NCBI GenBank assembly: GCA_964640515.1 | Contig: CAZXFG010000001.1 | Span: forward strand, 1 to 49,491 | Source: an uncultured Gammaproteobacteria bacterium | GTDB lineage: Bacteria; Patescibacteriota; Patescibacteriia; Magasanikbacterales; GWA2-37-8 | DNA: 49,491 bases | Direction: 5' to 3' | Shown: positions 8,910 through 18,033 of the stretch, piece by piece | How the letters are laid out: each line of letters opens with the position of its first letter | Position numbering within the stretch: position 1 is the first letter of the stretch | The notes under the pieces: model-generated | Database searches by the model: none | The model's input: only the letters and a program-made list of their open reading frames with translations | Told to the model about the DNA's origin: nothing | Translations under genes and position numbers: made by a program

Positions 8910-10349
8910 ATGGCCAGCGGCAAACCGGGGACTATTTTTACCTGTTCCAAATGCGGCGCTCAATTCCAAAAATGGGTTGGGCGCTGTTTAGAATGCGGGC
9001 AATGGGGCACGGTGGAAAAAAATCAAAATGTAAATACCAAAAATCAAAAATCGGCAGAAGATAATAAATATAGTCCGGTCAAGACTGTTTCTTTAAACGA
9101 GATTGAAGGAAAAAATTTAGAACGGATAAAAACCGGCGTGGAGGAACTAGACCGCGTGCTCGGCGGCGGGTTGGTGCCCGGCAGTTTAATACTCTTAGGC
9201 GGCGAACCGGGTATAGGCAAATCTACCTTGGCTTTGCAATTAGCCACCCTACTCCCCCACACCATATATATTTCCGGCGAAGAATCGGTGGAACAAATTA
9301 AATTGCGCGCCGAAAGATTAAAAATAAAATCGGAAACTCTGCGCGTGGGCAATGCCACCAGCGTTGAAAGTATAATCGCAACAATAAAAAATAGTCATTG
9401 CGAGGAACCCGCCTGGGGCGGGGACGAAGCAATCCCCCGTGTGAAAGAAGATTGCCGCGCCCCTAAAGGGGCTCGCAATGACAATACTGTAGCCGTAATA
9501 GATTCCATTCAAACCATTCATTCGGATGAAGTAGAAGGTGAAGCCGGCAACATCAACCAGGTGCGCGCCTGTACCGTAAAATTGATGGAGTTGGCCAAAA
9601 ATTCCGGAACCACTATTATTTTAATCGGCCAAGTAACCAAAGAAGGCGCGGTGGCCGGACCAAAAACTCTAGAGCATCTGGTGGATACCGTGCTTTATCT
9701 GGAAGGCGACCGGTTCCACCAATTCCGTATTTTACGCGCCGCTAAAAATCGCTTTGGCTCCACGGATGAAGTGGGAATTTTTTCCATGGAGGAAAACGGT
9801 CTGGTGGAAGTAAAAAATCCCTCTTTAGCCCTGTTGGCCGGACGACCGCAAGGCGTCCCCGGGTCAGCGGTGACTTGTCTCATGGAAGGAACCAGACCGA
9901 TACTGGTGGAAGTTCAGGCCTTGGTCACCAAAACCAGCTTTGGTTATCCGCAACGCAAGGCATCGGGATTTGACTTAAATCGCCTGCAGATGTTGATTGC
10001 CGTGCTTTCCAAACGCACCGGCCTGCCTTTAGATTCCTATGATGTTTTCCTTAATGTGGTTGGCGGCTTGCGAGCCGAAGAACCGGCGGCTGACCTGGCC
10101 GTGGTGCTGGCCGTGGCTTCAGCCATGAAAAATAAAGAATTGCCCAATAATCTAGCGGCCTTTGGCGAGGTAGGTTTAGGCGGTGAAGTCAGAGTCGTCG
10201 GACAAACTAAAAAACGCTTGGAAGAAATTAAAAAAATCGGTTTTGAAATTGCGGTTATCCCAGATTCCAGCACAGACAATAAAGTAACCGGAATCAAGAT
10301 CGCTTCGCTAAAAAATGTTCAGGAAATAGTGGAAAAAATTATCCAATAG
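8910..10349 (+). CDS. radA: DNA repair protein RadA/Sms, carrying a ~30-aa in-frame insertion
   Basis: 479 aa. C4 zinc ribbon (CSKCGAQ...CLECGQW), Walker A GGEPGIGKST, KNRFG motif and a Lon-like C-terminal domain. Confidence 0.95.
   Translation: MASGKPGTIFTCSKCGAQFQKWVGRCLECGQWGTVEKNQNVNTKNQKSAEDNKYSPVKTVSLNEIEGKNLERIKTGVEELDRVLGGGLVPGSLILLGGEPGIGKSTLALQLATLLPHTIYISGEESVEQIKLRAERLKIKSETLRVGNATSVESIIATIKNSHCEEPAWGGDEAIPRVKEDCRAPKGARNDNTVAVIDSIQTIHSDEVEGEAGNINQVRACTVKLMELAKNSGTTIILIGQVTKEGAVAGPKTLEHLVDTVLYLEGDRFHQFRILRAAKNRFGSTDEVGIFSMEENGLVEVKNPSLALLAGRPQGVPGSAVTCLMEGTRPILVEVQALVTKTSFGYPQRKASGFDLNRLQMLIAVLSKRTGLPLDSYDVFLNVVGGLRAEEPAADLAVVLAVASAMKNKELPNNLAAFGEVGLGGEVRVVGQTKKRLEEIKKIGFEIAVIPDSSTDNKVTGIKIASLKNVQEIVEKIIQ
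9394..9482 (+). repeat. Palindromic interspersed repeat (two hairpin units) inside the radA ORF
   Basis: Perfect 11-nt terminal inverted repeat GTCATTGCGAG / CTCGCAATGAC with internal hairpins CCCGCC-tgg-GGCGGG and CCCC-taaa-GGGG. The first unit recurs at 46427..46466. Confidence 0.7.
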
Positions 10350-12410
10350 TTACTCCAAATGCACTTTCTCTTCCCAATCGCTCACCCGCTCTGAAAGACT
10401 AGGATATTTTTTTATGTTCTTCACCGCTTCTTTGGCCGCCTCGCGCGTCTTTTTTATAATCTCTTGATCCGTAAGTTTGGCCAGCCGCAAATTCATCATC
10501 CCGCTCTGCGCCAAACCATAAACTTCACCCGGACCGCGGATCTCCAAATCTTTTTCCGCCAATTTAAAGCCATCTAAATTCTGTTCAAAAAACTTCAAGC
10601 GTTCTTTGACTGTTGAAGACAAAACCGTAGTAAACAACAAACAATAAGACTGGTGTTCGGACCGGCCGACCCGCCCGCGAAATTGGTGCAATTGGGCCAA
10701 GCCAAAACGCTCGGCGTCTTCAATCATCATCACGCTGGCATTGGGTATGTCTACCCCCACTTCCACCATGGAAGTAGCCACCAAAATATCCAGAGAATGA
10801 TTCTTAAATCCTTCCATGACCATGTCTTTTTCCTTAGCCGGCATCCGGCCATGCAAATAACCCAGTCGTAAATCAGGAAAAGTCGTTTCCGATAATTTTT
10901 TATACTCATTCATCACAGTTTTCTTCTCCATCGCTTCGTTCTCAATCAAAGGACAAATCACAAACACTTGCCGTCCTTGGCGGACTTGCTCGCGGATGAA
11001 TTTATAAGCTAATTCGCGCTTGGCCGGCTCTACCAAACGGGTAATAATTTTCTTCCTCCCTGGCGGTAATTCATTAATCACGGACAAATCCAAATCGCCA
11101 TAAATCATTAGAGCCAAAGAACGCGGAATAGGCGTGGCCGTCATACTCAAAAAGTGCGCTCTTCTCCCTTTTTCCTTCATGGTCTTTCTTTGGCCTACTC
11201 CAAAACGATGTTGCTCGTCCACAATCACCAATCCTAAATTGTTAAAATCCACTCCCGCGGATAAGAGAGCGTGCGTGCCCACTATCATCTTCACTTTCCC
11301 CTCTTTAATATTTTCCAACACTACTCGCCTCTGGCCGGCTTTGGACTTCTCTTTTATTTCTAACCCCGCCACTTCATTTTTAGAGTTGGTCATTAATCCC
11401 AACGGCGCATCGGCGCCTAACAATTTTTTTAGAGAATTAAAATGCTGAACCGCCAGAATCTCCGTCGGCGCCATCAAAGCCGCCTGATAATCATTTAGAG
11501 CCGCATCATACATGGCCATGGCCGCCACCACGGTTTTGCCTGAACCCACATCGCCTGAAAGCAAGCGATTCATCGGCTGAACTTCAGCAATATCTTGCAA
11601 AATTTCCCAAGCCGATACCTTTTGCGACTTGGTAAGAGTGAAAGGCAGAGCTTGAACAAATTTTTTGATCAAGGCCTCTTTGAACTCTAATTGCGGCGCT
11701 CGCTCGCTCCCTTTTTTCTGCCGCGCCAATTCAGCTCGCATTTGTAATAAAAATAACTCATCAAATTTCAGGCGTTCCGTACTTTTTGTCAAATCAGTAT
11801 TGTCCGCGGGAAAATGTATTCCGCGCAAAGCCGCGCCTAGGGGTATTAAATCGTATTTTTCCAAGATTTCTTCCGGCAACCACTCGGGCACTGACGCAGT
11901 CAAATTAATAATCTGACTCACTAAAAAACGCAGCTGCTTTTGGCTAATACCTTCGGTTAAAGGATAAATCGGCACCAGACGGGCCGTGTGCGCTGTCTCC
12001 CCTTGGCCCGCTTTTTCATAAGTCGGGCTAATCATCTCCGCGCCGAACATTCCCAGTTGCACCTTGCCGGAAAGATAGACCTCTTCGCCTACATAGAGCG
12101 TCTTGGCCAGATAAGGTTGATTAAACCAAATCACCTTAATGCTCCCGCTGACATCGCTGACCAGCCCCTCGGTAATCATTTTCCTTCGCCGCAAAGTGCG
12201 TTTGTTGGCAATGAGCTCAATTTTCCCTTTTACGGTCACCAAACTGCCGTTTTCCAAAGTGGCAATCGGCGCCAAATGACGAAAATCTTCATAACGAAAA
12301 GGAAAATAATACAAAAGATGACCGGCCGTCGTGATATTGAGCCGTTGTAGATATTTAGCCGCAGTTTTGCCTACTCGGCTTAAAACGCCAATGGGAGTCT
12401 GTGGGTTCAC
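10350..12410 (-). CDS. recG: ATP-dependent DNA helicase RecG
   Basis: 686 aa. Wedge-type N-terminus and helicase motifs GDVGSGKT and VDEQHRFG. Confidence 0.95.
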   Translation of the reverse strand: MNPQTPIGVLSRVGKTAAKYLQRLNITTAGHLLYYFPFRYEDFRHLAPIATLENGSLVTVKGKIELIANKRTLRRRKMITEGLVSDVSGSIKVIWFNQPYLAKTLYVGEEVYLSGKVQLGMFGAEMISPTYEKAGQGETAHTARLVPIYPLTEGISQKQLRFLVSQIINLTASVPEWLPEEILEKYDLIPLGAALRGIHFPADNTDLTKSTERLKFDELFLLQMRAELARQKKGSERAPQLEFKEALIKKFVQALPFTLTKSQKVSAWEILQDIAEVQPMNRLLSGDVGSGKTVVAAMAMYDAALNDYQAALMAPTEILAVQHFNSLKKLLGADAPLGLMTNSKNEVAGLEIKEKSKAGQRRVVLENIKEGKVKMIVGTHALLSAGVDFNNLGLVIVDEQHRFGVGQRKTMKEKGRRAHFLSMTATPIPRSLALMIYGDLDLSVINELPPGRKKIITRLVEPAKRELAYKFIREQVRQGRQVFVICPLIENEAMEKKTVMNEYKKLSETTFPDLRLGYLHGRMPAKEKDMVMEGFKNHSLDILVATSMVEVGVDIPNASVMMIEDAERFGLAQLHQFRGRVGRSEHQSYCLLFTTVLSSTVKERLKFFEQNLDGFKLAEKDLEIRGPGEVYGLAQSGMMNLRLAKLTDQEIIKKTREAAKEAVKNIKKYPSLSERVSDWEEKVHLE

Positions 12411-12424
12411 AAAAGATATAATAA

Positions 12425-12450
12425 CAAAAAAGAACTGGCTAGGCCAATTC
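12425..12450 (-). terminator. Intrinsic terminator downstream of tRNA-Arg
   Basis: The - strand RNA GAAUUGGC-cua-GCCAGUUC forms 8 bp including one G-U, followed by UUUUUUG. Confidence 0.5.
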
Positions 12451-12461
12451 TTTCGTCTTAG

Positions 12462-12533
12462 TGCGCTCGTTAGGAATCGAACCTAAATTTTCGGCTTCGC
12501 AGGCCAATGTCCTATCCGTTGAACGACGAGCGC
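12462..12533 (-). tRNA. tRNA-Arg (anticodon GCG)
   Basis: Manual cloverleaf: acceptor GCGCUCG/CGAGCGC, D arm, anticodon stem UUGGC/GCCGA with loop CUGCGAA, T arm UUAGG-UUCGAUU-CCUAA, discriminator A. No encoded CCA. Confidence 0.85.
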
Positions 12534-12594
12534 CTATTAATTAAAATCCCACTCATTTTAAGCGGGATTATCATAGCATAAATTGGGAAAAAAA

Positions 12595-13101
12595 TCAATG
12601 TAACTGGAGGAACCGCCCTAGCCGGTCGCTCAAGGGTTCATCTTCCTGCTCCAAATCCTCTTTTAAAAATCTGTTCAAAAAATCCCGGATCGGCCGCGGA
12701 TCATAATCCAATAACGGCACCTGCAAGCGGTTCTTAAGCAAACTGTTGGTAGAGAAATACAAATTTTTTACAGCCGGCGGATTATATATAATCCAAAAAC
12801 TGGTCAGCTCGCTGAATTTATAATATTTATCCCCTACCACCACTCCGGTCTCAACTATCGTAAACGACACCTTTAACGGGTCCTGCATCTCATGCAAAAA
12901 CAACACAATGCCAAATAATACCAGTATTAAGGCAAAAATATAATTAGCCGTCACCACCGCGTAAAGCAAAAGCAATACCGCCAATATCCCCATCACCAAA
13001 TACCACCTTTTGCTACGGTCGTATTTTTCATATTCATTCACTTTCCACTGATAAACCACTCGGCCCACATTGACCGAATTTTTTGCTAAATTTATTGGCA
13101 T
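12595..13101 (-). CDS. Hypothetical two-TM membrane protein
   Basis: The track ORF runs to 13209, but its first 36 codons are read through a palindromic element. The ATG at 13101 gives MPINLAKNS..., then two TM helices (WYLVMGILAVLLLLYAVV, IFALILVLFGIVLFL) and a soluble C-terminal domain. Start is uncertain. Confidence 0.6.
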   Translation of the reverse strand: MPINLAKNSVNVGRVVYQWKVNEYEKYDRSKRWYLVMGILAVLLLLYAVVTANYIFALILVLFGIVLFLHEMQDPLKVSFTIVETGVVVGDKYYKFSELTSFWIIYNPPAVKNLYFSTNSLLKNRLQVPLLDYDPRPIRDFLNRFLKEDLEQEDEPLSDRLGRFLQLH

Positions 13102-13115
13102 ATTATAGATTTTAT

Positions 13116-13215
13116 ATTTGGATGTTAGATATTTTCCGAGCGGGTTATGCGCCCAAAGCGCATCCCCGAGGCCTTGACGGCCGAGGAAAGCGAGGAAATT
13201 ATCTAACATCCAAAT
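13116..13215. repeat. 100-nt palindromic element with 16-nt perfect terminal inverted repeats
   Basis: ATTTGGATGTTAGATA (13116..13131) pairs with TATCTAACATCCAAAT (13200..13215). Inner hairpins are ATGCGC-ccaaa-GCGCAT and GGCC-ttgac-GGCC. CCGAG occurs three times in direct orientation, plus one GCGAG variant. Confidence 0.6.
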
Positions 13216-13287
13216 CCAAGATTATATATATTTTAGCACACTTCCTACTGGCCCGCAAACAAAAACCCGAGCCCAAAGCCCGAGTCG

Positions 13288-13361
13288 TGGATGATACTGG
13301 GATCGAACCAGTGACCTTTGCAATGTGAATGCAACGCTCTAACCAGCTGAGCTAATCATCC
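13288..13361 (-). tRNA. tRNA-Val (anticodon CAC)
   Basis: Manual cloverleaf: acceptor GGAUGAU/AUCAUCC, D arm GCUC..GAGC, anticodon stem UUGCA/UGCAA with loop UUCACAU, T arm ACUGG-UUCGAUC-CCAGU, discriminator A. Confidence 0.9.
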
Positions 13362-13375
13362 CCAAAAGTAAACAT

Positions 13376-13404
13376 AATGTATCATAAGGACTGGTAAAAA
13401 TCAA
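13376..13404 (-). promoter_or_regulatory. Candidate promoter for tRNA-Val
   Basis: On the - strand: TTGATT, 17-nt spacer, TACATT, ending about 15 nt upstream of the tRNA 5' end. Confidence 0.3.
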
Positions 13405-13479
13405 GCCGTTATGTTACAATTCAGACATTGAATATTAATAAGGAAAGACCCTTTCCTTATTATTTTACTTCTGCCAAAT

Positions 13480-14985
13480 ATGGATGATTTACAAATAGAT
13501 TTACTGCGCCACAACCAAAATTTCACTTCCGAACCGGAAATAAAAAGGGGTAAAGGACGCTATATCTTATATCTAATACTAATCATCCTTATGTCAGGGG
13601 TTGCTTCTTGCGCGGTGAAGCGTTATTCCATCGCCCGATGGCCAACTAACCCTTATTCTTACGACCCGGTCACTCTCCAGCCAAAAAACTACAACTTTTT
13701 AAACTCTGTCAAAAATCTAATTTTCCAATCTGATAATGTATTGGAAGGCCAGCGCGACGATCAGGTGAATATTTTGCTTTTAGGCATGGGCGGGACAGGG
13801 CATGACGGGCCTTACCTGACTGATACGAATATGGTGGCCAGTTTAAAACCCAGCACTAAAGAAGTGGCTTTACTGTCCATACCGCGTGATTTGGGAGTAA
13901 AAATGGATAGCTATGGCCTCGGAAAAATTAACCATGCCAATGCCTATGGAGAAAACGCTTCCCCCGGACAAGGCGGTGAATACGCCAGAAAAATTTTTTC
14001 CGAAACTTTAGGTGTCGATATCCCATATTACATCCGAGTGGACTTTAAGGCCTTCGTAGATATTATTGATGCCGTGAACGGAATAACGATTAATGTGGAG
14101 AGAGCATTTAGCGACTACATGTTCCCCGGAGAAAACGACAGCTATCAAACTATTCAATTTATCGCCGGCCCGCAACAAATGGACGGCGCCCGCGCTTTGG
14201 AATACGCCCGTTCTCGCCATGGCACCAATGGCGAGGGATCGGATTTCGCTCGAGCTAGACGCCAGCAACAAGTACTTGCCGCTCTAAAAGAAAAATTACT
14301 CTCCTTTGGAACTTACACCAACCCGCTGAAAGTGCAAAAAATATTAGAATCGCTGTCTAATCATATTTCCACCAATCTAGATTTTGGACAGATCATGTAT
14401 CTAGCCGCGTTATACCGAGAAGTCCATGGTTATCCGCGCGCGCTGGTACTGGACAACGGCCCGAATGGCTATCTCTACAGCGCTAACTCCCCCACTGCCG
14501 GTTATATTCTTTTGCCTAATGATGGAAATTTTGATGAGATACGCAATGCCTTTGAAAATATTTTCGGCGACATCCCTCTTCCGGTCGCCCTCCCGCCACA
14601 AACCGTTTCCGTACCCGAACAAAATACCTCCTCCACAATTTTTGAATCAGCGAAAATTGAAGTGCAAAATGGAACCTGGGTCATGGGATTAGCTAGCCGT
14701 ATGGAGAAACGACTAACCGAGAGTGGTTTTACCGTCAACAATATAGGAAATAGCAGTCAACGACCTTTTCCCCTTACCACTATTTATTTAATTAACCCTG
14801 ATGTTTCAAGGGAGATATTATCCTCTCTCTCCATGCAACTTGCCGCCCCGATAGAAAAAACTCTTCCCGATTGGCTAAAAGCAGGATATAATACTAGCAC
14901 TGCTTCTTCTGTCGGGGAAGAAAAACCAAAATACAATCCTGATACCGATATCTTGATTATTCTGGGCGAAGACACTAACGAATAA
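13480..14985 (+). CDS. LytR-CpsA-Psr (LCP) family cell-envelope phosphotransferase
   Basis: 501 aa. N-terminal TM anchor, LCP core (NILLLGMGGTG, LLSIPRDL, INHANAYG, ALEYARSRH) and a LytR_C-like C-terminal domain. Confidence 0.9.
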   Translation: MDDLQIDLLRHNQNFTSEPEIKRGKGRYILYLILIILMSGVASCAVKRYSIARWPTNPYSYDPVTLQPKNYNFLNSVKNLIFQSDNVLEGQRDDQVNILLLGMGGTGHDGPYLTDTNMVASLKPSTKEVALLSIPRDLGVKMDSYGLGKINHANAYGENASPGQGGEYARKIFSETLGVDIPYYIRVDFKAFVDIIDAVNGITINVERAFSDYMFPGENDSYQTIQFIAGPQQMDGARALEYARSRHGTNGEGSDFARARRQQQVLAALKEKLLSFGTYTNPLKVQKILESLSNHISTNLDFGQIMYLAALYREVHGYPRALVLDNGPNGYLYSANSPTAGYILLPNDGNFDEIRNAFENIFGDIPLPVALPPQTVSVPEQNTSSTIFESAKIEVQNGTWVMGLASRMEKRLTESGFTVNNIGNSSQRPFPLTTIYLINPDVSREILSSLSMQLAAPIEKTLPDWLKAGYNTSTASSVGEEKPKYNPDTDILIILGEDTNE

Positions 14986-14989
14986 ATCT

Positions 14990-16366
14990 ATGGCCACACC
15001 CGCTAAAATAGTAAATTTAGAACTACCGATAGTCGTCTTAATCGGTCGAGTCAATGTCGGCAAATCCACGCTTTTTAATAAGATAGTGGAATATAACCAA
15101 GCTATTGTTTCCAACATCCCCGGCACCACCCGCACCCGTAATGTGGGCATCGCTGTCTGGCGCGGTAAAAATTTTCAAATAGTGGACACAGGCGGTCTGA
15201 CCTTTGACGAAACAGTGCCTCTGGAAAAAGACATCATCCAACAAACTGAAACAGCCGTAATCGAAGCTGATGTTATTGTCTTTGTTGTAGATTTGCAAAC
15301 CGGACTTTTGCCTCAAGAAAAAGCGCTGGCTAAAAAAATCGCCCAAAAACACAAAAATAAAACGATTATTTTAGTGGGCAACAAGGCTGATAATAACACT
15401 TGGCGCTTGCAAATCCACGACCGGGAATGGCTGCGGTTGGGTTTAGGAGAACCCCTGCCTCTTTCAGCTAAAAACGGTAACGGTATCGGCGATTTATTAG
15501 ATAAAATTTTTAAAACGCTCAATAAACAACCGCGCCGGCCGAAAAGAATTAAAGAATTCTCACCAATCCGCGTCGCTATCATGGGCAAACCAAATGTCGG
15601 CAAATCCAGTCTTTTCAACCATCTCATTGGACAAGAGCGGGTCATTGTCTCGGCTATGCCGCACACTACTCGCGAACCGCACGACACTTTAGTGGAATAT
15701 GAAGGACAACATATTCTGTTTATTGATACGGCCGGCATCAGACGCAAAGCCAAGGTTTCCGGCGATTTGGAAAAACAAGGCATTGGCAAAAGTATAGAGA
15801 TGATTACCAAATCAGACATTGTTCTGCTCCTTTTGGACGCTTCCGAACCTATTACCGACCAAGATAAGCAGTTGGCCGGACTATTGCGCGAACAAACCAG
15901 AAGCGTCATTATCGTTATTAATAAATGGGATACGGCCGATGATAACGACGATGCTTTCAGAAATGAGGTGCGAACTAAAATTTATAAAGAATTTCCCCAC
16001 TTAGATTTCGCTCCGATTGTCTTTACCAGCTCTCTGACCCAATATCGCATTCATCAAATTTTCCCGATGATCATCCGGGCATGGAATGAACGCCAAACTC
16101 AAATCCCGTCAGACGCTCTGCAGGATTTTATCAAAAGAGCGACTCGCAAGCATTTACCCTCGCGCGGCAAAGGCGTGCGACATCCGCAAATTATGGGCTT
16201 CACTCAACTGCGAGCCAACCCCCCAATGTTTGAGATGACCATTAAGAATAAAACTTCGGTACATTTTTCCTATGTGCATTATTTGGAAAATAAACTGCGG
16301 GAACAATTCAGTTTTTATGCCGCGCCTTTGATTATCAAATTGAGCAAACTAAAAAGAAACGACTAA
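14990..16366 (+). CDS. der: Ribosome-associated GTPase Der/EngA
   Basis: 458 aa. Tandem G domains (GRVNVGKSTLFN and GKPNVGKSSLFN; NKAD and NKWD) plus a KH-like C-terminus. Confidence 0.95.
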   Translation: MATPAKIVNLELPIVVLIGRVNVGKSTLFNKIVEYNQAIVSNIPGTTRTRNVGIAVWRGKNFQIVDTGGLTFDETVPLEKDIIQQTETAVIEADVIVFVVDLQTGLLPQEKALAKKIAQKHKNKTIILVGNKADNNTWRLQIHDREWLRLGLGEPLPLSAKNGNGIGDLLDKIFKTLNKQPRRPKRIKEFSPIRVAIMGKPNVGKSSLFNHLIGQERVIVSAMPHTTREPHDTLVEYEGQHILFIDTAGIRRKAKVSGDLEKQGIGKSIEMITKSDIVLLLLDASEPITDQDKQLAGLLREQTRSVIIVINKWDTADDNDDAFRNEVRTKIYKEFPHLDFAPIVFTSSLTQYRIHQIFPMIIRAWNERQTQIPSDALQDFIKRATRKHLPSRGKGVRHPQIMGFTQLRANPPMFEMTIKNKTSVHFSYVHYLENKLREQFSFYAAPLIIKLSKLKRND

Positions 16367-16374
16367 ATTCAAAT

Positions 16375-16896
16375 ATGAAATTGATCGTCGGATTGGGCAA
16401 TCCGGGCAAAAAATACGCCTTCACTCGTCATAACGCGGGCTGGATGGTTTTAGATGCTTTGACCGGAAAAAATCAATGGAAAGAATCAAAAAAAGCTCGC
16501 GCTTTTATCTATAAAACCGAAATTGGGGGGAAAGAAGTGGAGCTGTTGAAACCTAACACCTTCATGAATAATTCCGGAGCGGCCGTGGTTTACGCCATAA
16601 AAAAACACCCCACGGCCGAACTGATTGTCGTCCATGATGATAAGGATATACCTCTGGGAAAAATTAAAGTGCATACCGACCGCGGCGCCGCCGGACATAA
16701 TGGCGTAAAATCCATTATTGAGCATCTGGGCGCGCAAAATTTTACCCGCGTCCGCGTTGGCATCGCCCCGGATGATCCTATGGCGATGGATGACACGGCT
16801 GATTTCGTTTTAAAAAATTTTACTAAAGAAGAAAAAGAAAAATTGAACGAAGCGATTGTGGAAACCGGGCGGATAATAAGAGAACTAATTCAATGA
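16375..16896 (+). CDS. pth: Peptidyl-tRNA hydrolase
   Basis: 173 aa with the LIVGLGNPGKKYAFTRHNAGW signature. Confidence 0.95.
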   Translation: MKLIVGLGNPGKKYAFTRHNAGWMVLDALTGKNQWKESKKARAFIYKTEIGGKEVELLKPNTFMNNSGAAVVYAIKKHPTAELIVVHDDKDIPLGKIKVHTDRGAAGHNGVKSIIEHLGAQNFTRVRVGIAPDDPMAMDDTADFVLKNFTKEEKEKLNEAIVETGRIIRELIQ

Positions 16897-17975
16897 ATTA
16901 TCACGCCGCTTTAGCTCATTTTCCCAAGATTACCTATAGCCGATACAAGAAATTGCTCGGCTATTTTTCTAATTTGGAACAACTTTGGGATTCCGAACTG
17001 GATGACTTAATCAAATCTAGACTGGAAGAAAACATCGCCTATGAATTCATCGTCTGGCGCGAAAAAAATCCGGTGGAAAAAATTGAAGAACAGCTTGATA
17101 AAGAAGGAATTTATACCATTTCTCTAAATGAAACGGGTTATCCGCGGTTATTGGCAGAGATCGCGGACCCGCCTCACACTCTTTTTATCCGCGGCCGATT
17201 ACCAAATGATGAACGGCCCCGCCTGGCGGTGGTGGGCACGCGCCGCCATAGTCTCTATGGGCGACAGGTAGCTCAAGATCTGGTAGCTACCCTGGCTCGC
17301 CGAGGACTGGTGATAGTCAGCGGGTTGGCTCTAGGTATTGACGGGTTATCCCATGAAGCCACTTTGTCAGCCGGCGGACAAACCATTGCCGTGCTGGGCT
17401 CGGGGATTGATCGCCAGCATATTTATCCGGCCAGTCATAAACAACTGGCTGAACGCATCATTGTCCAAGGCGGAGCAATAATTTCTGAATACCCGCCCGG
17501 CTTTATACCCACTCAATATTCTTTCCCTGCGCGCAACCGCATCATCGCCGGTTTGGCCTTGGGCACTCTCGTAATTGAAGCGCCGGAAGAATCAGGCGCC
17601 TTAATTACGGCCAAATGCGCTTTAGATTACAACCGCGAGGTTTTTGTCATACCGCATCAAATCACTTCGCCTCAAGGCGCCGGGGGCAATAATTTGCTCA
17701 AACAAGGCGCTACTCCGGTCACCAACAGCAAAGACATCACTAACGCCCTAAATTTGCTTGATTTGAAAGAAATGGCGCAAACACCCGGACCTTGCCCCAC
17801 CTCTCCGGCCGAGGCGACGCTCCTTAACAATCTCTCCCGAGAACCACAACACATAGATGCCATCGCCAAAATCTCCGGACTTGACAGTTCTACAATAAAT
17901 AGTACACTTATTCTAATGGAAATGAAGGGCTGGGTGCGCAATCTGGGCGGTATGATGTATATAAAAAATAACTGA
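16893..17975 (+). CDS. dprA: DNA processing protein DprA/Smf
   Basis: 360 aa. GTRRHSLYG and SGLALGIDGLSHEA Rossmann-like core with a winged-helix-like C-terminus. 4-nt overlap with pth. Confidence 0.9.
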   Translation: MNYHAALAHFPKITYSRYKKLLGYFSNLEQLWDSELDDLIKSRLEENIAYEFIVWREKNPVEKIEEQLDKEGIYTISLNETGYPRLLAEIADPPHTLFIRGRLPNDERPRLAVVGTRRHSLYGRQVAQDLVATLARRGLVIVSGLALGIDGLSHEATLSAGGQTIAVLGSGIDRQHIYPASHKQLAERIIVQGGAIISEYPPGFIPTQYSFPARNRIIAGLALGTLVIEAPEESGALITAKCALDYNREVFVIPHQITSPQGAGGNNLLKQGATPVTNSKDITNALNLLDLKEMAQTPGPCPTSPAEATLLNNLSREPQHIDAIAKISGLDSSTINSTLILMEMKGWVRNLGGMMYIKNN

Positions 17976-18033
17976 TATGTCGTAAAAAACCACCATTTTA
18001 TCAAAAAATATATAAACCAAATAATTTCATAAT

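Noticed and set aside
9394-9482. radA insertion as an intein or a domain acquisition
   Set aside because: It is only ~30 aa and has no intein splice-junction residues. At the DNA level it is an obvious inverted repeat shared with non-coding DNA, so it is a repeat insertion.
13437-13461. 11-bp hairpin AATAAGGAAAG-acc-CTTTCCTTATT upstream of the LCP gene as a terminator or riboswitch
   Set aside because: No + strand gene lies upstream to terminate, the U tract is poor, and it is too short to be a recognisable riboswitch aptamer. It may simply be a 5' UTR stem.
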